A DNA stretch of 58,546 nt from an uncultured virus (IMG/VR IMGVR_UViG_3300013232_000003) (taxonomy: Duplodnaviria; Heunggongvirae; Uroviricota; Caudoviricetes): positions 62,001 through 120,546 of IMG/VR virus record IMGVR_UViG_3300013232_000003, one strand, 5' to 3'. Position 1 is the stretch's first letter. Every line of letters starts with the position of its first letter. Shown piece after piece: positions 36,893-46,800 of this stretch. The position numbers were made by a program, and so were the translations under genes. The notes beneath the pieces are model-generated. The model ran no database searches. It was not told where the DNA came from and was given only the letters and a program-made list of their open reading frames with translations.

Positions 36893-37483
36893 TTAGGTGA
36901 ACGACAGTTCGATCTCGACGTTCACAACGTCATCGATCTCAACCGCGATCGGTGCGCTGAAGGCCGAGTAGCTCATCAGGTAGTCCCCAGAGGCGTGGTT
37001 GCTCTTGGTGTTGTTGCTCATGAGGCACGCGCCGTAGAGCGTACCAGAGGCCGTGTTGAACGTGAACGCGGCCTTGCTGGCGATGTTCGTGATCTTGGCC
37101 AGCGACCCATCGAGCACCCCGGACCACGTGACGCGGTTCGCGTTGGTGTAGTTCGTGTACTCCGTGTTGATCGTGTCGAAGAAGGTATCGTAGACCTGCG
37201 TGGCCGAAGGAGCCACCGGGACGCCACCGTTCTTCGCGCCGTTGTCGTTGTTGACCAGACCGACGTACCACGCAGTCTTCGCCGTACCACTGGCCAGACC
37301 GGTGCTCAGCAGGTACCGCTTGCCTTCGGTCGTGACGAGGTTCTTGCTCTCGTGCTCCCCGATCAGCTCGCCCTTGCGGTAGTGCTTCAGCCGGTACACG
37401 CCCTTGATCTCGATGTCCCCAGACAGGATACGCTGGCGGATCATCCCGATGGTCATCTTGTCCTGCACCTTTACTTGGCTCAT
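36893..37483 (-). CDS. virion structural protein (probably abundant)
   Basis: AAGGAG RBS; NLVTTEG motif; strongly C/G-ending codons like the major tail gene. Confidence 0.75.
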   Translation of the reverse strand: MSQVKVQDKMTIGMIRQRILSGDIEIKGVYRLKHYRKGELIGEHESKNLVTTEGKRYLLSTGLASGTAKTAWYVGLVNNDNGAKNGGVPVAPSATQVYDTFFDTINTEYTNYTNANRVTWSGVLDGSLAKITNIASKAAFTFNTASGTLYGACLMSNNTKSNHASGDYLMSYSAFSAPIAVEIDDVVNVEIELSFT

Positions 37484-37525
37484 GTGCTTCTCCTTCTTGG
37501 GTTCGAGTTGCTTCCGTTTGTTGGT

Positions 37526-37555
37526 ATTCTATCAAGAGGATGCCGGTTTTGGTAA
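37526..37555 (-). promoter_or_regulatory. possible internal promoter (extended -10)
   Basis: TTACCA-18 bp-TAGAAT with TGn; shares CAAAACC with the other promoters; lies in an 89-bp intergenic gap. Confidence 0.45.
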
Positions 37556-37572
37556 CCTATATTCGCCCTCCT

Positions 37573-39213
37573 CTATTTGAACACCCTGAGTATTCTGTGC
37601 GTAACCGTGCCTACCGGAACGGTCTGGTAATTGGACGGGGGAGTCCATCTCACCCAGGCGTAGGCGGTGTCCCCTGGCTCGATCCTGCCCAAGTCCAGAT
37701 CGATCTGGTTGTACCCGTAGTCCAACAGCCGAGCTTCAGCTTCAGTCTGACCCGCGGTGGCATAGGTCATTTTGGGAGTTCCGGCAGACGACGTAAACCG
37801 CACCGTGACGTACCCCGCTTCGGCCATGTCGTTACGGAATCCGATCTTCTGGTAAACGTGGTTGAAAGTGCTGTTACGAGACGGCAGCACAAGTTCGGTT
37901 CCGTCTTCCGTAAGGTCGGAGCCATTGATGCTGATCGTGATTCCCAAAAGCAGGTTCTCTCGCAGTTCCTGCTTGGCGGAAAACATCGGGAAGAGGGTCT
38001 CCCACTTGTTCCAAACGGTGGAAGTCTCGCTGTAGTAGTAGACGTTGGACCCAGCCCCGTAGATGAACGCAAACCCGGAGGCGAATCTATTGTGAGGAAA
38101 CAGGGACAGCCCATCCGGCCCTTGATAGTGAGGAGTGAGCAGACCAGTTATTGAACTGCTTGCCGACACGGGGTAATAAGACGATGCCCAAGAAGGGCTC
38201 CCAGCCGCGATGGCGTTTGAGGACACCCGAAGTATGACACGATCATAGTGCTCGTCTGCCGGGGAACTAGCGTTGGTTTCCAAATAGGCCATACCGCCGA
38301 AGTTGTTACCACTGACTCCAGGGGCGGGGTAGATAGGTGTTCCCCACGTTCCGGTGTCTACGTCTCCCCTAACTAGGGTTGGGGTGGTTATGTATGTGCC
38401 ACGTTGGTACGTTAGCTCCAAATTCATACCACCGGTCGGCGCACGTCGGAGATAGAGCTGGGGATTGATCGTGTTGGAGGAGGAGTTGTAGAACTCCCCG
38501 AGGCTTGTCCAAGTGCCGTTGGTATTGCGTCGTACGACCTGGACGCGGTACCTCAGATCGTTGCTGCAATACGCTATCACAGGCTCATAGGTGGTTGGGT
38601 GGAACGTGAGAGAGAATGCCCCCGCGTACTCCGAGCTAAACTGCATGGCTGGAGTTCCAGCCACGGAAATCACATCGATTTCACTTCCCCACCCAGAGGA
38701 ACTGTTCCACACCAACATGTAGATCTTCTTGTCAGTGTTAAGCTCTGCCCACAAAAGCACTATCTCGTCGGTGCCACCAGCCCCAGCCCGCCAATATGAC
38801 TTTAACCAAGTGTACCCAGAAGAAACGGAGCGATCACCAGAAGGAGCTAAACTGGTACTCCACGTGCCATTAGAGGCCCGAGTGTACAGGTATATCCTGT
38901 TCTTGTATGAAGAAGTGAGGGTGGACCCCAACACGAACAGCTTGGTACCAGCAGGATTCATGTGGCATTGGTGCCCACCTCCAATGGGATAATCCGAGCC
39001 CGTGAGCTGTAGAGTTTCGAAAGCCCACGTGGCTCCGTAATCGTCGCTGTACGCGGCCATATGGGCGTATGGGGCAGACGACTTGCCGTACGAAAAGTAC
39101 AGCCGGTTCCTGCTGGTGAGCACGAGCCCAGGCATAACATGTTTAGCGTTCCCACTGAACATGCTCTGGCCGCCAACGTAGGCGTTGGCTACTACCAGTA
39201 CGCTTGTTCCCAC
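37573..39213 (-). CDS. tail protein with BNR/Asp-box beta-propeller-like region
   Basis: YSDDYGATW Asp-box; repeated NGTWS/T motifs. Confidence 0.7.
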   Translation of the reverse strand: MGTSVLVVANAYVGGQSMFSGNAKHVMPGLVLTSRNRLYFSYGKSSAPYAHMAAYSDDYGATWAFETLQLTGSDYPIGGGHQCHMNPAGTKLFVLGSTLTSSYKNRIYLYTRASNGTWSTSLAPSGDRSVSSGYTWLKSYWRAGAGGTDEIVLLWAELNTDKKIYMLVWNSSSGWGSEIDVISVAGTPAMQFSSEYAGAFSLTFHPTTYEPVIAYCSNDLRYRVQVVRRNTNGTWTSLGEFYNSSSNTINPQLYLRRAPTGGMNLELTYQRGTYITTPTLVRGDVDTGTWGTPIYPAPGVSGNNFGGMAYLETNASSPADEHYDRVILRVSSNAIAAGSPSWASSYYPVSASSSITGLLTPHYQGPDGLSLFPHNRFASGFAFIYGAGSNVYYYSETSTVWNKWETLFPMFSAKQELRENLLLGITISINGSDLTEDGTELVLPSRNSTFNHVYQKIGFRNDMAEAGYVTVRFTSSAGTPKMTYATAGQTEAEARLLDYGYNQIDLDLGRIEPGDTAYAWVRWTPPSNYQTVPVGTVTHRILRVFK

Positions 39214-40449
39214 TTAGACGGTGTCTCCGCTCACTCCGATGTCTACGGAGTTGGCCAAGTGAGGAGTACACGCCGCTGGCACAGTCTCCTTGATCCAGAT
39301 CGACTTTGACGCACTGACCGTGTTGAACGTCACGGTATCCCCAGCCTGGAAGGTTCCACCCCAAGCCCCGGTGGCGATCTGGAAGTGATAGCTCGAGCCA
39401 TTGGCTGGGCTGGCGGCCCCGTTTACATTATAGGAACCTGCCACGTTCCCAATGTAGGCCCCAGTGATCGAGAAGGCTGTGGAGCTAGAGAAGAGCAGAG
39501 TCCACGACTCGTCCCGAGTACCAACCGGGAAGAGCTTCAAGTTGTTGGCCGGGGTGAACGTCCCACTGGCGCTGGTCTTGACCACCGTGTTGTAGGCGCA
39601 TCCAACATCACCAAGCGAAACGCACATGCAGACGTTGGTTTTGACGATCTCGAATACAGAAGTAGCATCCGGGGTGGTGGTCCACGCGTACTCGACAGTG
39701 ATCGTGCTAGTAGTGTTGGCCGTGATACGCCGCCACTGGCCAGACCCAGTCCCACTCTTGATATGAACTCGACGGCCGACATTGGCATCCGAAGTCATGC
39801 CTGCAAGAGGACTTCCAATGGTGGTAGAGGTTACGTACGCAGGGTCTGCGTAGGTGTCTGAAGCAAGAGCGTTCTTGGAGTAAGCATACTGAACAGGCGT
39901 GCCAGAAAACCCGATTGTAGCTACGGCTCCGGCCCAAGAAACGCTGTCGATCGTGAGGAACTCACGGTTTCCAGTCCCGTTGAGATAATCAGAAATCAGC
40001 AGCACCCCACCTACCTGGAAATACTCCCCGGTAGAGCCATTGCCTTCAACGCGAACTTGAAGGGACGTTGCGTTGGCCGCAATGTCGGAGTCGAGATATC
40101 CGGTCCCTGACCAGCCTGAATTGACTACTCCACTCTGAACGTCCGTGGGTGTGCCAGCCTTGATAAGGAAGGCATCCCCCGCGGCCGAGAAGTTCTCCAT
40201 GAACGCCTTCCCTGATAGTAGGGTCAGGCTGGCATCAGCATACTTCCAAGGGAGGGTTCCAGTGCCAGCTTCGTTCTTGATGAAGACTTTCCGATACCGT
40301 GTTAGGCCAGCCACCCGCTCGAGACCCGTCACGTCGGGAAACAGGGAAGCCGTGACGGTTGTATCGGTCAAACGACCTCCGTTTTGAGCTGCCACATCGC
40401 TGTTTACAGCAGACTTTTTAAGGCTGAGGTCGCTTGTCGCTACTGGCAT
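39214..40449 (-). CDS. tail-tip structural protein
   Basis: NGGR..LFPDV...RYRKVFIKN N-terminus; GTGSGQWRRITAN motif; downstream of Dit-like gene. Confidence 0.75.
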   Translation of the reverse strand: MPVATSDLSLKKSAVNSDVAAQNGGRLTDTTVTASLFPDVTGLERVAGLTRYRKVFIKNEAGTGTLPWKYADASLTLLSGKAFMENFSAAGDAFLIKAGTPTDVQSGVVNSGWSGTGYLDSDIAANATSLQVRVEGNGSTGEYFQVGGVLLISDYLNGTGNREFLTIDSVSWAGAVATIGFSGTPVQYAYSKNALASDTYADPAYVTSTTIGSPLAGMTSDANVGRRVHIKSGTGSGQWRRITANTTSTITVEYAWTTTPDATSVFEIVKTNVCMCVSLGDVGCAYNTVVKTSASGTFTPANNLKLFPVGTRDESWTLLFSSSTAFSITGAYIGNVAGSYNVNGAASPANGSSYHFQIATGAWGGTFQAGDTVTFNTVSASKSIWIKETVPAACTPHLANSVDIGVSGDTV

Positions 40450-40463
40450 TTTCCTGCCTCCCG

Positions 40464-40850
40464 TTAAAGCGCTACGCGCATTTTGATGGTGCCATAGTAC
40501 CAGAAATCATTATCTGGGGCACTAGCAGGGGTCACCTGTTGGAACGAAAGAACCGGTGGTTCCTCATTCCTGAACTGCCCGTTTACAGTAGTTCCGTCTG
40601 GCATTTCTATAACGACCGTGGCCGCTGGATTGGTATTGAACAGAGCGAACAAAGCCTTCACGGTCTCACGGCGCTGCCACCCAGTGGTAGAAGTTCCCTC
40701 CAGCGTAAGAGGTCCTCCACTGTAGGTGCGATAGTTTTGGACCACGAGATTTCCGTAGATGGTCCGATCCGCCGTGCCAGCGGCGTAGGTGTTCTGGTAC
40801 TCGTCGGACCACAACATGTCTCGGTCCAGGGTTACATCCCCGATCTTCAT
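40464..40850 (-). CDS. distal tail (Dit-like) protein
   Basis: Immediately after the tape measure gene; WSDEY...RTIYGNLVVQ...PLTL pattern. Confidence 0.65.
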   Translation of the reverse strand: MKIGDVTLDRDMLWSDEYQNTYAAGTADRTIYGNLVVQNYRTYSGGPLTLEGTSTTGWQRRETVKALFALFNTNPAATVVIEMPDGTTVNGQFRNEEPPVLSFQQVTPASAPDNDFWYYGTIKMRVAL

Positions 40851-43800
40851 CGCACCGTCCTCCCCTCACGCCGATTCACTTCGTTAATGGCGTCCACAAG
40901 CTTTTTCTTGTTGATCTCAGTAGTACGCACCTCGACTACTCTCTCCCCGATCATCAGGTTCAAGTTCACCGTGTCACCAGTCCCACTGGTAGAATCGGAA
41001 GCGATCACTGGGCCGCCCGTTGCCATTGCTACCTTGGGGGCCACACTCACCGCCGCGTTGGCCATCCGATCCAATGGCATCACGGAGGGGGGTACAGCCA
41101 TCTGGTTCAGGGCAGAAATGAAATCGATCCCGTATCGCTTGACGGCTTCCTTGCGGATCACGAACTCCCCGGACTCCGCAATGATATCGATCCGGTCCCC
41201 ACCGCCATACCCAGGAAGATGCCCACCTGTGGAGAACCCCAGCCCACCTCCTGTAGGAAGTAGGTTAACCGGGTTCTTGAACCTTCTCTTATGACTAGAC
41301 GAGGAAGAAGCTTTGAACTTGGACGATTGTGGTTGCGAAGGAGCCGATGCCCCACTGGCAAAACGCCCTTTAACCTGACCGCCTTTGGCAAACCCAAGAC
41401 CTCCGTTAGAAGGCAAGAGTGTGATTGGGTTCTTGAACTTTTTCTTGTGCTTGGACGAAGACGTCGCCTTGAGCTTAGACGAATCAGTTTTAACAGAAGC
41501 CGAAGCTCCGTTGGCAAAGCGTCCTTTAACTAGACCCCCTTTAGCAAATCCGGTGGCGGTGTTGCCCTCCCGCAGCGCGTCCTTCATCTTTTGAACAGCG
41601 GAATCAAGGTCTTTTTCCGAGATTGTGGTCATGGCATCATAGAAATCTGAGTAGATCTCCTCACCCTTGGGGGACTCGAGCAGTTTCTCCGAAAGAGCCT
41701 TGCCCTCCTCTACGGCCTGCAAGGTCTCTTCCACCGAGTTCTTATAAGCTTCGCTCGTCCTGTCCGCGCCCGGCCTGTCAACCACTTCGTCGAGTGAATC
41801 CCTAAAGGACCCGTCGAGGAATTTAGTAGCCTCTCTGACGACTGACGGTGGAAGCGGGGTAGGAGTTTTCTTTGAATCGACCTTCGACGCATCGCCAGCC
41901 GCTTCTGCTCCGGGGGGTTTTGGCAAAGCATCCGGAGTTCTGGACGAAGTGAGGCCCACGGACTCCGCCAAGCTATCCAGTTCAGCCTGGGTAATCGTGT
42001 CTTGGTACTTAGCAGCCTCGGTCCCCGGCACTGGTGCTTCATTGACATTGGATTTCTTGCTAGTAGGCTGCTCGTTGATGTAGGAACTGTCCTTGCCAAA
42101 TTCCTCATATAGATCAGAGAAAGACGCGTCCGCCGCTTTCTCTGTGGATACCTTAGGGGGCTCCGGAGGCTGAGCCACTTTGACCATTCCTTTGGTAGCA
42201 GCGACCTCACGCATCTTGGCTACTGTGGCCTCAGGAGCTGCCTTATCAAAATAATCCGTCGATGCGATCTCGTGGTTGCTATCAATAATCACGAGACGAC
42301 CATCCGGGAGCTTTCTGACATTATCCAGGTGAAGATCCGTAATCATCTGCACCTGCTTGCCATCGTTCACATAGCGATAGTAGGTCTGTGGGTCCCCCTC
42401 AGCCTGAGTGTACCCGCGGTCGGTCATAGTGCGGACAACTTCCTCTACTGTAGGAGCCACGGTTCCAGCGTCGTTTTGTACCCAGGTCGCTTGCTTGCGT
42501 CCGAACTGGTCGATCCAATGCCCGGCATCTTCCATAGATGCCAGATCCCCAGGGTTCACGGCTTGATCGTCATAGATCTTCCGTGCTCTCCGATACTGGA
42601 AATCCGCCTCTGTCTCATTAGGCCTAGGCTTACTGATCTTCAGGATCTTTGGGCTATCCCCCCGCTGTTCGGCACCAAACGCGTTTATCTCCACACCGCT
42701 GCCCAACTGCTTGAGGCCAGCAAGATCAGGACCCTCGAAGGTCAAAAGGCCAGTCTTTGGATCTACCACTTGGTTGAGACGGAACCGGCGGTTGGGGTCC
42801 GGATGAGCAAGGTCGTAGGCTGCTCGGAACCGAGTCCACTCTGGTTCCGTAATTTCGAGATACTCCTGGGTCGCGGGCGGAACGGCAGCAGCCACGTCCT
42901 TCGGTTTTGAAATCGATTTCATTTTCTCAAACTTCGCCTGGGCGGCTCGCTGTGCAGCCGGAAAGAGCGGGTCCGGTACCCAGTCCCCATTCTTACCACG
43001 AATGTACGCATTGACGATCTTCAGACCGCTGTCAGGCCCGGCGTCACGGAAGGCATAGTTCTTGGTACCCACCTGCTCAGTCTGGAAGTTGCCGACATCG
43101 TCGAGCACAAGGGACTTCTGACGACTGGTAGAATCGGCCGCGGTGTTCCCGCGGGCTCCAATATCTATCATGGCAGCGTTCTCAGCGGCCCTGCGTTTAG
43201 CCGTAGTGGCATCATCCACTACCGTGTCAGGTCCGCTGCGGAGGCTCCTCTTGCCAAACCCTGCGCCCCCAGTGGCCATCAACTCAATGCTTCCATGACC
43301 ATTGGCTACAGCGACTCTCCGGACCAAATCCATGTATGTAGCCCCAGGCATGTCAAGTACGGACAATACCATTGGGCTATGGGAGAACTGAGTTCGTAGC
43401 TTTGCCACATTCAACTGCTGTGGCGTCAGAGCGGAGATAGGCGACATCAGATCTGGAAGAACCGTAGTCCCAGGAGCTGCTTCTACCTCATACAGGGAAG
43501 CGTCTCGATAGGGCCTGCCCTTCGGGTCAAGTGTGCCCTTCTTACCCTCGATCAATTTGGCGTAGTGCATCGCGGCCTTAACGCGATCGGCAAAGTAGGT
43601 GCCCTGCCCTTGCGGGCTCCAGAAACCACCCTGATCCCCAACCTCAGCCACGCCCCAACGCTTCATGGCCTGCTCAGTAGCCTCGAAGGCACCTCTACCA
43701 CGCGATCCCCCGTGCCATAGGATCTCCCCAGAGGTATCGATTGCCAGCTCTTCGAGCACCCTCTCCATGGTGGCTACCCGCTCACGGAGCACCTGACCTT

Positions 43801-46800
43801 CTTTTCCAGTTCTAGCATCCTCGCTCAAGGCCTTGTACTTGGCCTTCAGTCGCTTCATCTGGTTGTACGCATCTACTGTCTTCTGCCCGCGAGTAACAAA
43901 CGCGGACACAGAAGACGCGTCACCAACGGTCTCGTTCACGTTTGAGGAGAGATCTTGTCCTTGACCCTTGCCCTTGCCCTTGCCCTTGTTCTTGCCAGTA
44001 GGCTTAGCAGCCCGTGGACCATGCAGCCCCAAGGCCTCCATGATTGAGAAGGACACCGCCTCCTCGGCCGCTCCTTCGAGTCCACCATTCCAGCCACCCT
44101 TGATCGATCCCACCCCGATGGCCGTTGCTCCTCCAACCAGCTTTTGCTTGAAGTCGCTGGCCCCGAGCTTCTTCGCGAGGCCGACCGTGGGGATCTTTGC
44201 CCCATGGAGAATGGCACCGAACAACGCCGCTTCCGGGTCTCCCGGGTTGCCAGCAAACCACGTCGCGTACTGCTGTGCATACGGAGCTATGGCACTGGTG
44301 AGCTTCCCAGCCGCCGTACCGGCTCGGGCCTTTGCTACTTGGGCAAAGGCCTGCCCAACCGCTTTACCTGCGGGGGCACCAACCGCAAGGGCCGGGAGCA
44401 TGGCCATGAGCCCTTGTCCAAACCCTTCACCCTCTTTGGCCGCAAACGCTTCGCTGCCCATGTTGGCCAGCTTGGCGACGTTGCTGATGGCCGCGTACTT
44501 GGTGTCTCCGCCAAAGGCATCAACGATATACTTCTCGACCTTGGCCAGAGGATTCGCGATGGCTCCTACACCAGTGGACAGACCACCAGCGATCGTGCGA
44601 GCGATGATTCCATCAGAACCCCCAACCCCTCCGCGGCTCGCAAGCTCTTCCAGATTTTCTTTACGGAGATTCTCATCGGTCCAACTTGCTCCGTATGCAG
44701 CCATAGTCTGCACTTCACCCCAGAGATTCTTGAGCTTGCTGGTAAGAGAGCTAGGGGGTTTCTGAACGCTGCCCCCATCCGCAAACATCTGAACCAACCC
44801 ACCCTCAGAGAACATCTTGTTGGGGTTGTAGTAGTTGCGGTAGCCAGAGTACTTCCAATAGTGGCCGGGTGCCTTGCTCTTGACCTTGTTCTTATCCTCA
44901 ATCTTCCCAGAGGTTTTCTCCGTGGAGTCCTCCTCGGAAGAATCGGTGTCTTCTGTCTCGTCTGTTTTTCCAATCGATTTCTTTTTCTTCTTGGTGACTT
45001 CTCCGCCAGTGGCGAACTTGGACACCCGGCCCTCGTTAAGGGCAGCGATGTTGTGAGTCCCATACTTTTTGACGGACTCCTTGCGAAGTACAAATTCTCC
45101 CGGCTCGAGCAGCGCGGGCACGGTGTCACCACCTCCATACCCAGAGATGTGTCCACCGAAGGCTTTTTTCTCCGTCTCTACGGCGGGTCCAGTGCTCGTC
45201 CCCCCTTCCGTATAGGAGGAAGAAGGAATGTAGGTCTTATAGGATTGCTGTACCTTGCTGGCAGTTTCTACAAGCTGGTCCCCAGTGCTCTTGATAGCTG
45301 CGTTATACGCTTCCGAATCAGTCTTGATCTTTTCGATCTGACCAGCCCGCTCGAGAGCCGCGCCTGCAAGAACGTCCTTGAGCTGGGTAGTTGCCTGTGT
45401 GATGTCTGCGGTAATGAACATGGAGAGAGGGTCACCGCTAAGATCATCATACCCAGTATCGATACTGAGCTTAGTCATACTCATGAACTTTTCCGCGAAC
45501 TGGGAAGGAACGCCACTGCTTTCCAGTTCACCGAGTAGAGCCAGGGTAGCCGCCTCTACAAATCTGCTTTGATCCACTTGATCAAGTTTGGAAAATACTG
45601 AGTCGGCCTCCTGCATCACCGATAGGAGTTTGGTCTCCAATGCAGGACCCAGCTTCTCCTTGTAAGGCGCAGTTCCCGGGGAGGCATAAGCGCCCATTCC
45701 GGTAGTGAAGAACGAAGAGTAGTATGCCGCGAGCGCTCTCCTTGATCTACGCTTCTGCTGTTCAGCGTCGGGAGTAAGGAAATCGATGAACTCCCCGGGT
45801 AAGGACAACAGCTTCTTGGCAGACTTGATTGCCCGCTTCGCAAAGCGCTGCTCTTCGGCCAACGCGTCTGCCTTAGTCGCTTCAGCAGCGTGCCCTGCCA
45901 TGGTGGCAGCCTTCTTTTCCTTTTTCTCCTTGGCAGCCTGTTCACGGGCAAGCTTGTCTTCGACCTGATTTTGAAGTTCTTGAACTCGCGCGTCGGCAGT
46001 GGTTTGTACGTCCTTTGGCTCGAGTTCCCCAAGAGCGACTTTGACTTTGTCCAGTGCCTCTAAGAACGCTGCGGTGGCAACCGGCTTGAGCTCGAGACCC
46101 CCAAGCCGATCGATCTCCGCCTTGATTTTGCCAAGTATGTTGTGAGCCTCGCTCTCCGCAGTCTCGAGAGCCTTGACGAATTGGTCCTCCGTCATCATAT
46201 TGGCTTTGAACCGTTCACCAAGAGCCTTCTTCTCGTCCTCGTGAGCCTTGGCCGCAGCTTCGAACATGTCCTTCAGAGCACGCCACTGAGCGTAGGAACC
46301 CTTCTTGGGGTCTGGCAAAACGAAGGCTTCTTTCCCCTCCTTGGCCACATCGGCCATCGCCTTCATTACAGAACTCACCCTGTCAAACTTGGCTTCAAGC
46401 TTTCCGTGGCTGTCCCTGAGCTGGAAGTCGAAATTCTCTTCCTCTTGGGCAACGTCGGCAATTGCGGCCGCGGCCTTCTCAGCTTCAGTCGGGATGTTCG
46501 TGAACACCCCAGCGAAGTTGGGGTGAATCTTGTCAGTACCCGGAGCCAACTTGACGGCAGCGAGCTTGGCCAGACTATCCGTGGCCTTGTCCGCTCCATT
46601 CTTGATCTTGTCCAGATCGTTGATGATCACCAGTCCCTTTTCCTGATCGAAGAAAATCTTCACTGGGAGCTTGGTACGGAGTTGGGAAGCAGAGACCCCC
46701 ATCTGCTGCATGATCTGGTTGGTAGAGACCCCAGCGGCGCGGGCATCGTCCATCCTGTTGGTCAACCGTCCAACTCCGTTGGCGACGTTGTTTACAAGAC

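Noticed and set aside
20275..39213. Diversity-generating retroelement or invertible tail-fibre cassette
   Set aside because: No reverse transcriptase, invertase, adenine-specific TR/VR pair or flanking inverted repeats seen.
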